DNA of 63,945 nt, counting the filler, from an uncultured bacterium (GTDB lineage Bacteria > Auribacterota > CAZIXI01): NCBI GenBank assembly GCA_964543115.1. It is 3 parts of 3 records of this genome, joined end to end, with 100 filler letters (N's around TTAATTAATTAA, not from the genome) between each part and the next. Parts side by side here need not be neighbours in the genome. Positions count along the whole stretch, not along the records: positions 1 to 28,362 come from CAZIXI010000009.1; 2 more parts are not named here. One strand, written 5' to 3'. The stretch's first letter is position 1, and the number at the start of each line of letters is the position of its first letter. The position numbers and the translations under genes were made by a program. The notes under the pieces are model-generated. The model had not been told where the DNA came from and made no database searches. It was given only the letters and a program-made list of their open reading frames with translations. This document shows, in pieces, positions 1-11,000 of this stretch.

Positions 1-2520
1 CTTCTGGTTTTAACCATTATCCTGCTGTTGTATTTCCTGTGTAATTATTTTGCCCTATTCACGATTCCGCGTTTAAAGACCCAGGATCTGTTTTTTAAGC
101 TGAAATATAAGCTTACCTCACGCCCGCAGTGCGTAAATGATATTGTAATTGTGGGCATTGATGATTCTGACTATTATGCCCATGGTGAGAAATGGCCCTG
201 GAAAAGGGATGAATACGCGTTTCTTACCGCTGAACTTAACGGTTATCGGCCGGCGGTAATTGGCTATGCCCTGGGCTTTATTGGTAAAAGCGCCAACACC
301 AAAACAGATGATTTACTGTGTGACACCTTTAAAGATGCCGGAAATGTGATTGTGGCCTCCTATTTTGGTAAGGACGGCCGCTACATCCCCCCGGAACAGG
401 ATATTTGCGAAGCTGTGTTGGGTTACGGTTTTACCAATAATCCACAGGACGCTGATGGGGTGATTCGTGAAACTAAGCTTTTTCAGCCGCATAGCCTGAT
501 AGATGAGATAGTGGATTATTCATTTGATCTGAAAATAGCTGAGGTCTACCGCGGTGCTTCCATCCGGGACATAAAAGTATTGCTGGAGCCGGCAAAGGCA
601 GATAAAGGTAGCCGGTTTATAGAAATACCCGGAAACTTCGCCGGAACACTGAGAAAAATACCGGTAACGGAAAACGGCGCCATCCCGTTAAATTACACCG
701 CGAAAATGGCTGATTTTACCGTCCTTTCCTTTACTGAAACAATAAAAGGCAGGGTGCCGCCGGAAGTTTTCCGCGACAAAATAGTGCTTGTCGGAACAAT
801 CGGCGATGTTTTCCAGGAAACCAGTTTTACTCCTTTTGGCAAAATGCCTGGTGTGGGAGTGGCCGCTAACTCTGTTTTGATGCTGTTAGAAGGCAATTTT
901 ATTTATCGCCTTCCGCAATGGATTAATATTATTCTCCTGCTGATAGTGGGTTTCATCGTTAGCGTGATTACCTCCAGAAGGTCGATTTATTATGGCGTTT
1001 TATTGTTTTTGATTGTATTTATTGGCTTTGCGGGAATCAGTCTGCTGTTGGTCCTCTACAATATGACCTGGGATTTTTTCAGCATTCCGGTGGTGGTCTT
1101 TGCCATTTATCTTACGAACGGCATGACAAATTACGCCCGACTGCTGCTGCAGAGTTTAAGGATTAAGAGATTTGTCTTTACCGATATTCTTACCGGATTG
1201 CCCACCAGGCGTTATTTCCTTTTTAAGCTGGAAAGTTCCCTTAATGACCTCAAAGAGGATGAACCTCTTTCCCTGGTAATTTTCAGCATTGATAACTTTC
1301 AGTTAATCGCCTCTGAGGCCGGTACGGAACGGGCTGATCAGATACTGAAAAAAACCGGTGAAATAATCGCCAGGTGCTCCCGGAAGACCAGGGGTATGGA
1401 TTTTATCGCCCGGTACGGAGAACTGGAGTTTTGCAGTATCCTGCACCGCACGCCGGATAAAGGGGCGCTGGTTTATGCCAACAGGATCAAAAAAACGCTG
1501 GCCGCGAAAGTTGAATCAACACCGCCCTTGGTCTTGAGTATCGGGATTGCCGATGCCCGGGACCTGGAAAAACGCTATGTAAAGCTATTTGTTAAATGCG
1601 CGGAAACTGCCCTTGCCCGGGCGGCCAGGGAAGGACGTGAACGTATATGTGTTTATAATCCTGAAACCGACCGGATTGCCGCGGCTGAATACAAGGAAGA
1701 AAAGGGTATTTCCGAAGCTGATTTAAGTTATATCACAGAAGAATTCGCAGAAAAATACAAGGAAATGGCCATTCTGGCCAATAAACTGCGTACGGCTCAG
1801 GAAGAGGTCATCAGAAGCGAAAAAATATCGGCTGTGGGGAAAATGGCGGCTACCATCCATCATGATTTGGGTAAACCGATCCTTAATCTTAGAAGCGGCC
1901 TGGAACGCATCAAGGCGGGCATGGACAAAGTAGACGCCAAGGAGCTGGCAACGCCAAAGAAATTTGTGGTGACGGCAATCGACGAAGCGCGGCGGCTGGA
2001 AGACATGCTGGCCGGCTTTAAAAACCTCTACCGGCCGGCAGAGAAAAAGGTGGCAGCGGTATCGATCAACTCGATTATTGATGAGATGTTGGATTTTTCT
2101 TCCAGCCAAATGGTGAAAAGCGATATTCAGCTGGCTAAAAAACTAGCGCCACAGCTTCCGTTGGTCTTAGCGGATGACGGGGAATTGAAGCAGGTGTTGC
2201 TCAATCTGATCCACAACGCCATTGAGGCCATGCCGGATGGTGGAGAATTGTCGGTTGACACCGGATTAGCGAAGGAACGGGAAAAGATGATTGCCGTTTG
2301 CGTGCGCGATACCGGTTGCGGGATTTCCCGGGAGAATCTGAACAAAATCTTCGACGCCTTTTTCACCACCAAGACAAAAAAAGGAGAAAAAGGCGCCGGC
2401 CTGGGACTGTATGCCAGCATGGAAATTATTAAAAAATACGGCGGCACAATCCAGGTGGAAAGCACAGAAGGGCAGGGCACGGTTTTTACGGTGTATTTGC
2501 CTTATACAGTTCGGAGTTAG
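1..2520 (+). CDS. Membrane sensor: CHASE2 domain, TM helices, degenerate GGDEF domain, histidine kinase (HisKA + HATPase_c); 5'-partial
   Basis: Frame is open back to base 1 (LLVLTIILL...). CHASE2 motifs IVIVGIDD, WPWKR, DADGVIR, KIVLVG, TPFGKMPGV; GGDEF-like TDILTGLPTRRYF...RYGELEF; kinase HHDLGKP, QVLLNLIHNAIEAM, DTGCGI, FFTTK, GAGLGL. Confidence 0.85.
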   Translation, partial: LLVLTIILLLYFLCNYFALFTIPRLKTQDLFFKLKYKLTSRPQCVNDIVIVGIDDSDYYAHGEKWPWKRDEYAFLTAELNGYRPAVIGYALGFIGKSANTKTDDLLCDTFKDAGNVIVASYFGKDGRYIPPEQDICEAVLGYGFTNNPQDADGVIRETKLFQPHSLIDEIVDYSFDLKIAEVYRGASIRDIKVLLEPAKADKGSRFIEIPGNFAGTLRKIPVTENGAIPLNYTAKMADFTVLSFTETIKGRVPPEVFRDKIVLVGTIGDVFQETSFTPFGKMPGVGVAANSVLMLLEGNFIYRLPQWINIILLLIVGFIVSVITSRRSIYYGVLLFLIVFIGFAGISLLLVLYNMTWDFFSIPVVVFAIYLTNGMTNYARLLLQSLRIKRFVFTDILTGLPTRRYFLFKLESSLNDLKEDEPLSLVIFSIDNFQLIASEAGTERADQILKKTGEIIARCSRKTRGMDFIARYGELEFCSILHRTPDKGALVYANRIKKTLAAKVESTPPLVLSIGIADARDLEKRYVKLFVKCAETALARAAREGRERICVYNPETDRIAAAEYKEEKGISEADLSYITEEFAEKYKEMAILANKLRTAQEEVIRSEKISAVGKMAATIHHDLGKPILNLRSGLERIKAGMDKVDAKELATPKKFVVTAIDEARRLEDMLAGFKNLYRPAEKKVAAVSINSIIDEMLDFSSSQMVKSDIQLAKKLAPQLPLVLADDGELKQVLLNLIHNAIEAMPDGGELSVDTGLAKEREKMIAVCVRDTGCGISRENLNKIFDAFFTTKTKKGEKGAGLGLYASMEIIKKYGGTIQVESTEGQGTVFTVYLPYTVRS

Positions 2521-2567
2521 GAGTTCGGAGTTCGGAGTTAGGAGATAATTACTCCGAACTCCGAACT
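2508..2567. repeat. Heptamer tandem repeat (AGTTCGG/AGTTAGG)n followed by its inverted copy (ACTCCGA)n; can form a hairpin
   Basis: Read directly: agttcggagttaggagttcggagttcggagttaggag...actccgaactccgaact, overlapping the kinase stop codon. Confidence 0.75.
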
Positions 2568-2576
2568 AAAATGAGC

Positions 2577-2625
2577 AAGAAAAAACCTCACACTTGGATC
2601 TAAGGTCCAGATGTGAGGTTTTCTT
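2577..2625. terminator. Long inverted repeat between convergent genes; probable bidirectional terminator
   Basis: aagaaaaaacctcaca...tgtgaggttttctt stem with A/T-rich flanks, between the convergent kinase and FecR genes. Confidence 0.55.
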
Positions 2626-2661
2626 AAATTTGGACAGTTAAGATTTTTTCTATTTATTGTT

Positions 2662-3387
2662 CTACCGCACTTGCGTTTTACCATCCGTGGGGGATACGGT
2701 TATTATATAGATTGTACCCCTGACAGCGGCGATTGTGGTTACAGTTTGGGTTTTAAAGGTAGTGTCCTTGTCAATGAACCGCACATCAACCTCCATCTCA
2801 CCCATGGCCAGATAAAGCAGGATGTTTTCGGCCTTGCCGTTGGCCTGTGTCTTCAGGTCCTTTAACCGCATCTCGGAGTTTTCTTTGATTTCAATTCTTC
2901 CGGCAACGCCCACCCGTAATGAAGTGCTGGATTGCGGTCCTGTTTTGATATAGTCACCTTCACCCAGTTTCATGTCCAGCTCCGCCGGCTGCCAGTCGGC
3001 AGTTCCTTCGCGCCTGACCATTACCTGGCCTTCAATCTTTTTAATGACCGCTTTATTGCGGTAGACCTCTACCTGGGATCTTTCTTTTTCCAGATCCCTG
3101 ATTCTTAAAACCTGCGATAGTAATTCCGCCTTTTCTTCCGGTGTGATGGTTTTTTCCGGATCAAAACCAGCGGGAAAAATAAATCCTTCCTCTTTAAGTA
3201 AATTTACATAATCAACCGTTGTCGCGTCAAAAGGGACCTTATGTTCCAGTCCCACGGCCTCGGTCAGCTTGATGACAAACTCTCCGCCGGTCAATTTTTC
3301 TTCGGCTGAAATCATGCTGAAAAAAACAGCCGCGGCGATAACAATAACAAGCCCCACTCCTCCCCACTTAAATAATACACCCTTCAC
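2662..3387 (-). CDS. Exported FecR-domain protein
   Basis: N-terminal hydrophobic segment; FecR-like IEGQVMVRR...LGEGDYIKTGPQS...LAMGE...AAVRGT. Confidence 0.7.
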   Translation of the reverse strand: MKGVLFKWGGVGLVIVIAAAVFFSMISAEEKLTGGEFVIKLTEAVGLEHKVPFDATTVDYVNLLKEEGFIFPAGFDPEKTITPEEKAELLSQVLRIRDLEKERSQVEVYRNKAVIKKIEGQVMVRREGTADWQPAELDMKLGEGDYIKTGPQSSTSLRVGVAGRIEIKENSEMRLKDLKTQANGKAENILLYLAMGEMEVDVRFIDKDTTFKTQTVTTIAAVRGTIYIITVSPTDGKTQVR

Positions 3388-3431
3388 GGCGCCTCCTTTA
3401 CCCTTTTCGATATTATTTAAAATCGTTTTTA

Positions 3432-4826
3432 CTATGATGCGACTTTGAAGTCTTCCTTTTTAAACCCGAATTTGTCCATCTTGACCGTGATTGCTTTGCG
3501 GTCCATGCCGGCTTTTTCGGAAACCAGTTTGAGATTGCCGTGGAACTTCTTCAGCAATCCCAGAAGATAATTTTTTTCGAATTCATCACGGGCCTCACGG
3601 AGTGAAAGATCAAGGTCCGGCGTGGTTTCCTGAGAACCGGGCCTCTGAGTCTGGAGATAAAGGCTGACAGCGGTATCGTCAATTGTTTCCTGATCGGAAG
3701 TCAGCACCAGGCGGTCGATAACGTTTTCCAGCTCACGCACATTGCCCGGCCATCTGTACGCGCGTAATTTATCAATCGCTTCTTTAGAGAATTCTGTGAC
3801 GGTTTTATTAAATTTTATATTGGCCCTTTTGATAAAGAATTCTATTAGCGCGGCCAGATCATCCATCCTGTCCCGTAGCGCGGGGAGTTCCAGGTGCATG
3901 ACATTGATCCGGTAATAAAGATCTTCCCGGAACTTGGCTTCTTGAATCATTTGCTGCAAGTCCCTATTTGTAGCGGCGATAACGCGCACGTCAGCGCTCA
4001 GCTTATCGTTGCTGCCCACCCGTTCGAATGTTTTATCTTGCAGAAACCGTAACAGTTTTGCCTGTAGATTAAGTGACATATCGCCGATTTCATCAAGAAA
4101 AAGGGTTCCCTGATTAGCGGCCTCTATTTTGCCTTTACGCTGCTGGTGGGCGCCGGTAAAGGCGCCTTTCTCGTGTCCGAAGAGCTCGCTTTCCATCAGG
4201 TGCTCGCTTATTGCCGCGCAGTTAACGGCAATAAAAGGTTTATCTTTACGCTGGCTGTTAAAGTGAACGGCCTTGGCAATCAATTCCTTTCCCGAACCGG
4301 TCTCGCCCTTGATTAAGACAGTCACATCGGTGTTGCAGACGGTTTTTACCAGGCTGTAAATCTTTTGCATCTGTTCATTGCTGCCCACAATATTGGCAAA
4401 ACTGAAATGTTTGCCCAGGGCGTCCTTCAAATTGCGAATTTCAATTGTATCATGGCGTCTTTCTATCGCCCGGTTGATCTTAATTAATAACTCATCATCT
4501 TTAATGCTTTTCTGCAGGTAGTCATAGGCCCCGATCTTAATCGCCTTAACGGCTGTGGAGATAGTCTCGAATCCGGTAAGCATGATCACTTCTATATCCG
4601 GATCGATCCTTTTTATTTTGGGCAGGAGGTCGATACCGCTGTCTTTGCCGATATTCAGATCCAGTAAAACAAGATCATAGTGGGTTGATTTCAGCTTATC
4701 AACAACTTCACCCGCGGAATTGACATATTCAGCCTTAAAGCCATTCTCCGAAAGCAGATCCACCTTGATGTCACAAAAAAACTTATCATCATCAACAATA
4801 AGGATATCACCTTTATGTTCACTCAT
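3432..4826 (-). CDS. Sigma54-dependent response regulator (NtrC/AtoC family: REC, AAA+, Fis HTH)
   Basis: REC ILIVDDD...DLVLLDL; Walker A GETGSGKE; GAFTGA loop; Walker B LFLDEIG; WPGNVREL; C-terminal HTH. Confidence 0.95.
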   Translation of the reverse strand: MSEHKGDILIVDDDKFFCDIKVDLLSENGFKAEYVNSAGEVVDKLKSTHYDLVLLDLNIGKDSGIDLLPKIKRIDPDIEVIMLTGFETISTAVKAIKIGAYDYLQKSIKDDELLIKINRAIERRHDTIEIRNLKDALGKHFSFANIVGSNEQMQKIYSLVKTVCNTDVTVLIKGETGSGKELIAKAVHFNSQRKDKPFIAVNCAAISEHLMESELFGHEKGAFTGAHQQRKGKIEAANQGTLFLDEIGDMSLNLQAKLLRFLQDKTFERVGSNDKLSADVRVIAATNRDLQQMIQEAKFREDLYYRINVMHLELPALRDRMDDLAALIEFFIKRANIKFNKTVTEFSKEAIDKLRAYRWPGNVRELENVIDRLVLTSDQETIDDTAVSLYLQTQRPGSQETTPDLDLSLREARDEFEKNYLLGLLKKFHGNLKLVSEKAGMDRKAITVKMDKFGFKKEDFKVAS

Positions 4827-4873
4827 AAATTAACCCCTTTATTCTGCATGCTGTCTATATTTTATATTAACTA

Positions 4874-4902
4874 ATTATAAATTCTATCACAATGCCGGAC
4901 AA
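4874..4902 (-). promoter_or_regulatory. Sigma70-type promoter of the sigma54 activator gene
   Basis: Minus strand TTGTCC-N17-TATAAT about 50 nt upstream of the ATG; RBS-like AGGGG. Confidence 0.55.
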
Positions 4903-5018
4903 TACACAAAAAAAATTTGGAGTTTATTCCTAAAATAAAGGTAAATTTGCGATTACTGGGGCAGAAAAAGCACATGAACAGAACTGCGGCGCAAAGACTT
5001 AGAGAACTTATGCCCAAG

Positions 5019-5034
5019 TGGCATATAACTTGCA
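5019..5034 (+). promoter_or_regulatory. Sigma54 (-24/-12) promoter upstream of the giant-gene cluster
   Basis: TGGCATATAACTTGCA matches TGGCAC-N5-TTGCW with exact GG-N10-GC spacing; followed by RBS AAAGGAGG and ATG at 5096; divergent from a GAFTGA activator. Confidence 0.75.
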
Positions 5035-5095
5035 TAAATTACACACACCGTACTTATTCATGGTAGATAAATAAATTGATTAAAGGAGGATGTAA

Positions 5096-8000
5096 ATGAA
5101 CATTTTTTCCCTAACAAAAAGAAGCATATACAGAATTATTGCAGCTCTTGTTGTTGTTTGCTTTTTCACAAACAGTATTGCTGCCGGCCCGCTGAGCAGC
5201 TCCGCGGTTACTATCTCGCAAACAGTAACCCTGGCCCCAAAAATTGACAAAACACTTGATATATGCATCCCCGAAAACTTTGGCACGATTGTTAAGAAAT
5301 TTTTGCCTAAAAGCAGGGTGAATAATAAATTTATTATCCACATTCAGGATGCTCATTGTAATTATGAGGCGCAGCATAATATTGCCAAAATGCTGGAGCT
5401 ACTGGCCCGGGACTATCAGGTGGGCCTGGTTGCGGTTGAAGGCGCGGTTGGTGATATGGATCTTGGCCGTTTTGGAAAATTGACTGATGAAGAGTCAAAG
5501 AAAAGGGCTGCCGATCTATTTGTTAAACAGGGTATTGTAACCGGCCCTGAATATTTACAAATCACTAAATACAATGAGCTGCCCTTTGGACTCTATGGGG
5601 TTGAGGATGGCCAATTATACGTAAAGAACTTCATGTCCTTCCGCGATACGATGTCCCGGTCAGCGGAAACAAAATATTTTACTACAGAAATTAAAAAAAT
5701 AGCCGAACAGCTTAAGGAAAAAATATATTCGGAAGAACTGCAGACGTTGATTAAGCAGATTCAGGCATATAGCAGAAATAAACTGCCTTTACGCGACTAT
5801 ATTGAGTGGCTAGCGGGAAAAATAGTCATTGATGCCCGGCAAGATCCTAATTTGTCTATACTGTTGCAATCAGTCAGAATTGAAAAACAGCTGGATTTCA
5901 AACAAGTAGAAAAAGAGAGGGAACTTCTAATCAGGGATATGGAAGATAATGCACCCCAAGAAGACTTTGCGGAACTCGTCAAAAAAACAATGAAGTATAA
6001 ATTGGGTAAGTTGTCGAGTGCTGACTACTACGGCTATTTAGGCCAATTGCTCAAAACACGAAGCGAGAATTACAAACAACTTGAAAAATATATTCAACTC
6101 GTAAAGCTGAATGAGGGCCTGGATCAGCGTGAGTTTTTCCGGGAACTGGCAAGAGCGGAAGAAGAGGCTAAAGCAAATTGTTTCCGTAACGACCTGGAAC
6201 GGGAACTCGACCGCCTTTGCCGGAAAATAGATATACTTGATAAATTGTTTCAGTTGCAGTTGCGCCGTGAAGATTTGGACTTTTTCAAAAACAATAAAGA
6301 GGAATTCTCCGCTGATTCCCTTGTTTCCTTTGTCAGGACGCAGGCGCCGCTGCATAAATTGTCATTGCCGCCGGCATTTAATGGTGAAGAGTTTTTAAGG
6401 AAGATTGACGGTTATATTGTGCCGGGAGAAATTTTCTACCAGCAAGCGGTGGCGCGTGACCGGGTGCTGGTTGCCAATACCCTGGAAAAGATGGAAAGAG
6501 AAGGTACGGATACCGCTGTCATGATCTCCGGCGGCTTTCACACAGCTGGGATCACTGAAATAATTGAAGATAAAGGAATCGGTTATTTGGTGGTTTCACC
6601 AAAGATAACAAAGGTACAGGAAGAAAGCCCCTATCTTTCCCTGATGATGAATAAATATATGAAAGACACCTCTCAACACCGTAATCTGGCCTTTGTTCAG
6701 CTTTTAGGAGAAGGCGAGGCCCAGGTTGCCGAGATTATTAATCCGCTGGGTATTACTGCCTGGCAGAAGATGTTGCGGGATGATTTTGTAAAAGAATACC
6801 TGAGAACCGGCGAGGGAGAAGAAAGTCTGAGTCAGGCTGGATTGAGCGCGGAAGAAATAGAAATGATTAAACGCCTGCGGGCAGAAATTGCCAGCAGCGG
6901 TTCTAGTGTAACAGCGGTAAAGGTTCTGGGGGAAATAATCAGCATAGCCGGCGGATCTGCTGAGGCGGAATCTAGCCTTAGCGAAGAAGAGCTTCAGCAA
7001 GCGAATGCCTTAAGAAGCGAATTATGGAAACAGGTGTCTGCGCGGGCGTTCTCAGAATTAGAGATAAATCAGGTTAGAGTGGCTCTCGACCTTTTATTCG
7101 AAAAACAGCTGACGCAAAGAAGAAAAGATGGTGTGATTTACGCGCTTCACCCAATGGAGGTAGCTTTAAATCTAATTGCCACCCTGACTAATGCTCCTCA
7201 CTATCTAGTTGTTTCCGCGATCCTGCATGATGTTGTTGAAGATACTGATGTGAGTATAACTGATATAAACAGACTATTTGGCGCTGATGCAGCCAGAATT
7301 ATCGCAGGAGTTACTAAAGACGATATTGACGAAAGTGCCGGGATGAGCGATGAAGAAAAAGCAGTTGAAGAGATTTTACTTCGTCAAAAAAAGGTTTTGG
7401 CAGCAATCCGGGATGATGAAATATTTTACGTTAAACTTTTTGATTTAGAAACCAACGCCCTGGCCTTGAGAAATTTAAATAGTAAACCGCAAATACAGGC
7501 CAGGCTGGCCAATAAATATCTGGAATTAGTAAAACAATTCGCCCACAAGGCAAGACAGTTGGGCCTTACCCAAAAGGCTGAGCAATACGAAGCAGCAATC
7601 GCAGAAATAGAAGGCTATGCCAAAAACTGGGAGCACTATGACGCTTTTCAACAGGCCTTGGCAGCGGCGGACAAAGACGCCCATGATGGTGGGGTGGATA
7701 ATGAAAGAGCCGTGGTTGATACAATAATAGAAAAAATAATAAGTTTAGAAGTAGTATGTACTAGATTAGTTTTGTTCGGATATCGTACTCAAATAAGGGA
7801 AAAGGATTCTGATGCCATGGCAGAGCAAGTGAAAAAATATTTGTTAGAATTAATAATGCTATTGGGGTTGGAAGGGTTGGATCAGGAAAAAACGGTGAAA
7901 TCGTTTTATGATGCAATAACGCAGGTCAGAGCAAAAATGACTCAATATGTCAGCGGCGATGAAGAAAATAAATTGCGGATATATGAAGCAGCGTTAAAGC

Positions 8001-11000
8001 ATATGTTGGGATCAGTTGCTGATGGGACAGATATAAGAGAATTCCTTGTGTTTCCTTCTCGTGACAAAGATGAGGATGAAGAACCAGGGCCCGGCAAATT
8101 CCCGAAGAGACATCTCAACTTAGATCAACTTGACGGAGTATGGGAGGATGACCTTGCTTTTACCGCTGCCATAAAGGCAATGGAAGATGGCAGGCCTAAC
8201 GATGCCGGAATTGGCTGTGGAGGCAGAATAACGGAAGCGGAAAGAAACAAAAGATTAAGAAAACTGATAGAAGACGGCCGGGTGGTTGATTTCACCCCGG
8301 ACGGTAGAGTGATTGCTTTGACTCTGGTCCAAGGACAAGTCATGGCGGAAGAAGAACTGCTTGAACACAGGCATGTGGACCTTAGAAAAAAAACCATTCA
8401 GGTGCAGCACCTGCTGGAATCAATGGCACAGGAGGTGGAGAGAACCGGCAGAGTACCGCAGCTGCTTAAGGACCGGGACTTTTTCACTGACGAATACCTG
8501 AGCCAAAACGGACTCACTATAGATAAAATAATTCAGCTATTTGCGAAAGTTCGCGCAGCCAGGCTGCGCAGGATCGGGAAGGCTCATTTTTTGAATGAAG
8601 ATGAAACGGATGAGAAGAAAACAGTTCTTGCCGGCGCCGGCCGAGGCATTAATTACGGTGATTACGGCCGAGTATGGATTGGGGAACACGCCTTGCGTAT
8701 TTTATCTGTAGAAGAGATAGTAGAATTGATACTTGATGAAGGTTTGCATATGTTGATGCCGGAAGCAGAAGATTATACGCCTGATAAACCTGAGTTTTAT
8801 GAACACGGTGCTCGAAAGGGTCAAAAAATCCAATATATCTATCATAATATGGCTTCCTTACGTGCCAAGGTCAGAAAGGTGCGAACTGAAAAAAGAAAAT
8901 TATTAGCGAGCCAAAAACATGCTCATGATGCGGGAGTGGATGAGGATTTTGAAGAAGATGATAAAGGTGTTTATTATCTGAAAGACCCGTACTTATGTGA
9001 AGAAATTGTGCATTCTGGCCTAGAAGCCCTCTTGAGAGATCATGGTAGAGGTGATTATGAAGAAGAGCAAGAGGCCCTGTTTGGTCTGCTGAATCTGCTT
9101 GAGGAAAGGGACCTGATTGATTATGTGGAGATCGCTAATGATCATGATGATGATAATGATACGTATGCCTTTTTTGTTGCCATAGTGCATGATGCAGGAA
9201 CTCATGCCGCCTATGCATTTAACGCGTTACGGGAATATGTGGAAAGCGGGGGCAGCGTAGATTTCGATTACGCCGGCAGCAATCTTTGGACAATCAGGGA
9301 GCTGGGAGGGATAAGTATCGGGGATGGTTTGCATACTTTCCGGATACTCGGGAAATACGACATAGATATGACTGCAGATGATGTTGCTGATTTATTTCCT
9401 ACTATGGGAACTGAAGATATTCACCGTAACAATGGCCATAGAAAAACATTGCTGGAAGCGGCTGATAAGCTGCTAGAGGGATTGCCACTCGATTCTGTGC
9501 GGGAACTGGTTAAAGATCGAATTATCACAGAAGAATTTCTAGCACTGCTCTTCTTTGACTATGAAATCTGCCTTAGTCTAAAGGGTTTTCTCAATGCCGC
9601 TGTTATGTATTTTAGTGCTGTTGGCGATGAGAGTGCCGGATTAATTGAAAGGTTTGTGACAGAATTAAACGGTGTATTTGAAGAAAAAGAGGAAGAGCTC
9701 TGGGCCCAGGCCATAAGTGAATTAACGACAAGGTTTAGTTTAGCGATAGGAGAGAGAAGAGACGCCCATGATGCGGGGGTGGATGAAGAGGAGATAACTG
9801 CTACTCAGGAGAATAAGCGAGAGGAAATGTTGCGGAGACTAAGAGGTAAGCTTAGGGATGATGATTATCATTGTCGTTTACAGGCGTTAGAGGTATATAC
9901 CAGGTTAACCTTAGAATGGATTACAGATAAAGATAGACAAAAGGAAATACTTCATGAAATAACAGAAATGATGCACGGGGACGGTAACGGTATAGTTCGT
10001 AAACAGGCATTAGAGTCTTACAGGAGATTAGCCTTGAAATGGATAACAGACATAGATCAGAGAAGATTTGTGCTTCAAGAAATGAAAGCGATACTTTGGG
10101 GTAGAAAAGCCTATACGCAAGTAAGTGCATTGGCCCTGGCCTGGATAGTTGATAAAGACCAACAAAAGGAAATGTTAGCTGAAGTAAAAGAAGTTTTTAC
10201 CGGCAGTGGTGCTTTTGCTCCTGTGCGCGCAGATGCCTTAGGGGCATACTGCAGGTTAGCCCTGGTTTGGATAACTGAAGATGGTGAAAAAGAGGAGGTA
10301 CTTTATAAATTAGAAGAAGAATTTTGGGATAACAATAGTGCTTTCAGTACGGAGGCCATGGATGAGTTTAGCAGTTTATTCTTGCAATGGGTGACAGATT
10401 CAGAAAAACAAAAGAAGCTGCTTAATAGAATAAGAGAAGCATTTTGGCATCCGGAAACTTATTCCCGTAAACGTGCTTTAGCTCTATACTGCAGGTTAGC
10501 GCCGGATTGGATAACAGACAAAGATGAGCAAAAGGTTATGCTCGAAATAATAAGAACACTACTTTGGGATAGTAACGAGCTTGTGCGCCCGGATGCCTTA
10601 GCGACATACGGTAAGTTGGCCCTGGCCTGGATAACGGATGAAGGTGAGCAGCAGGAAGCGCTTATTGATATAAGAAAAGGAATTTGGCATAGTGATGATC
10701 TTGTTTACATGACTGCAGCAGAGACATACAGCAAGTTAGCCTTAGGTTGGATAACAGATCAGCGTGCGAAAGAAGAAGTGTTGCAGGAGTTAGAAAAGAG
10801 ATTTTCAGCAAATTATAATTACAAAAACCTGCACGCCTTAGTGGTGTACGGCAAGCTGGTCTTAAAGTGGACAACAGACGAATCTAAGCAAAGGCATGAG
10901 CTTGATAAGATGACAAAACTGTTTTGGGGCACTAATCATAATCTTCGTGCGGTTGCAATAGAGGTCTTTAGCAAATTGGCCCGGCCCTGGATAACTGATA

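Noticed and set aside
7140..7450. G1 HD domain as Cas3-HD or HD-GYP phosphodiesterase
   Set aside because: No helicase or GYP motif; the HDVVED and KLxD..N pattern fits RelA/SpoT-type hydrolases.
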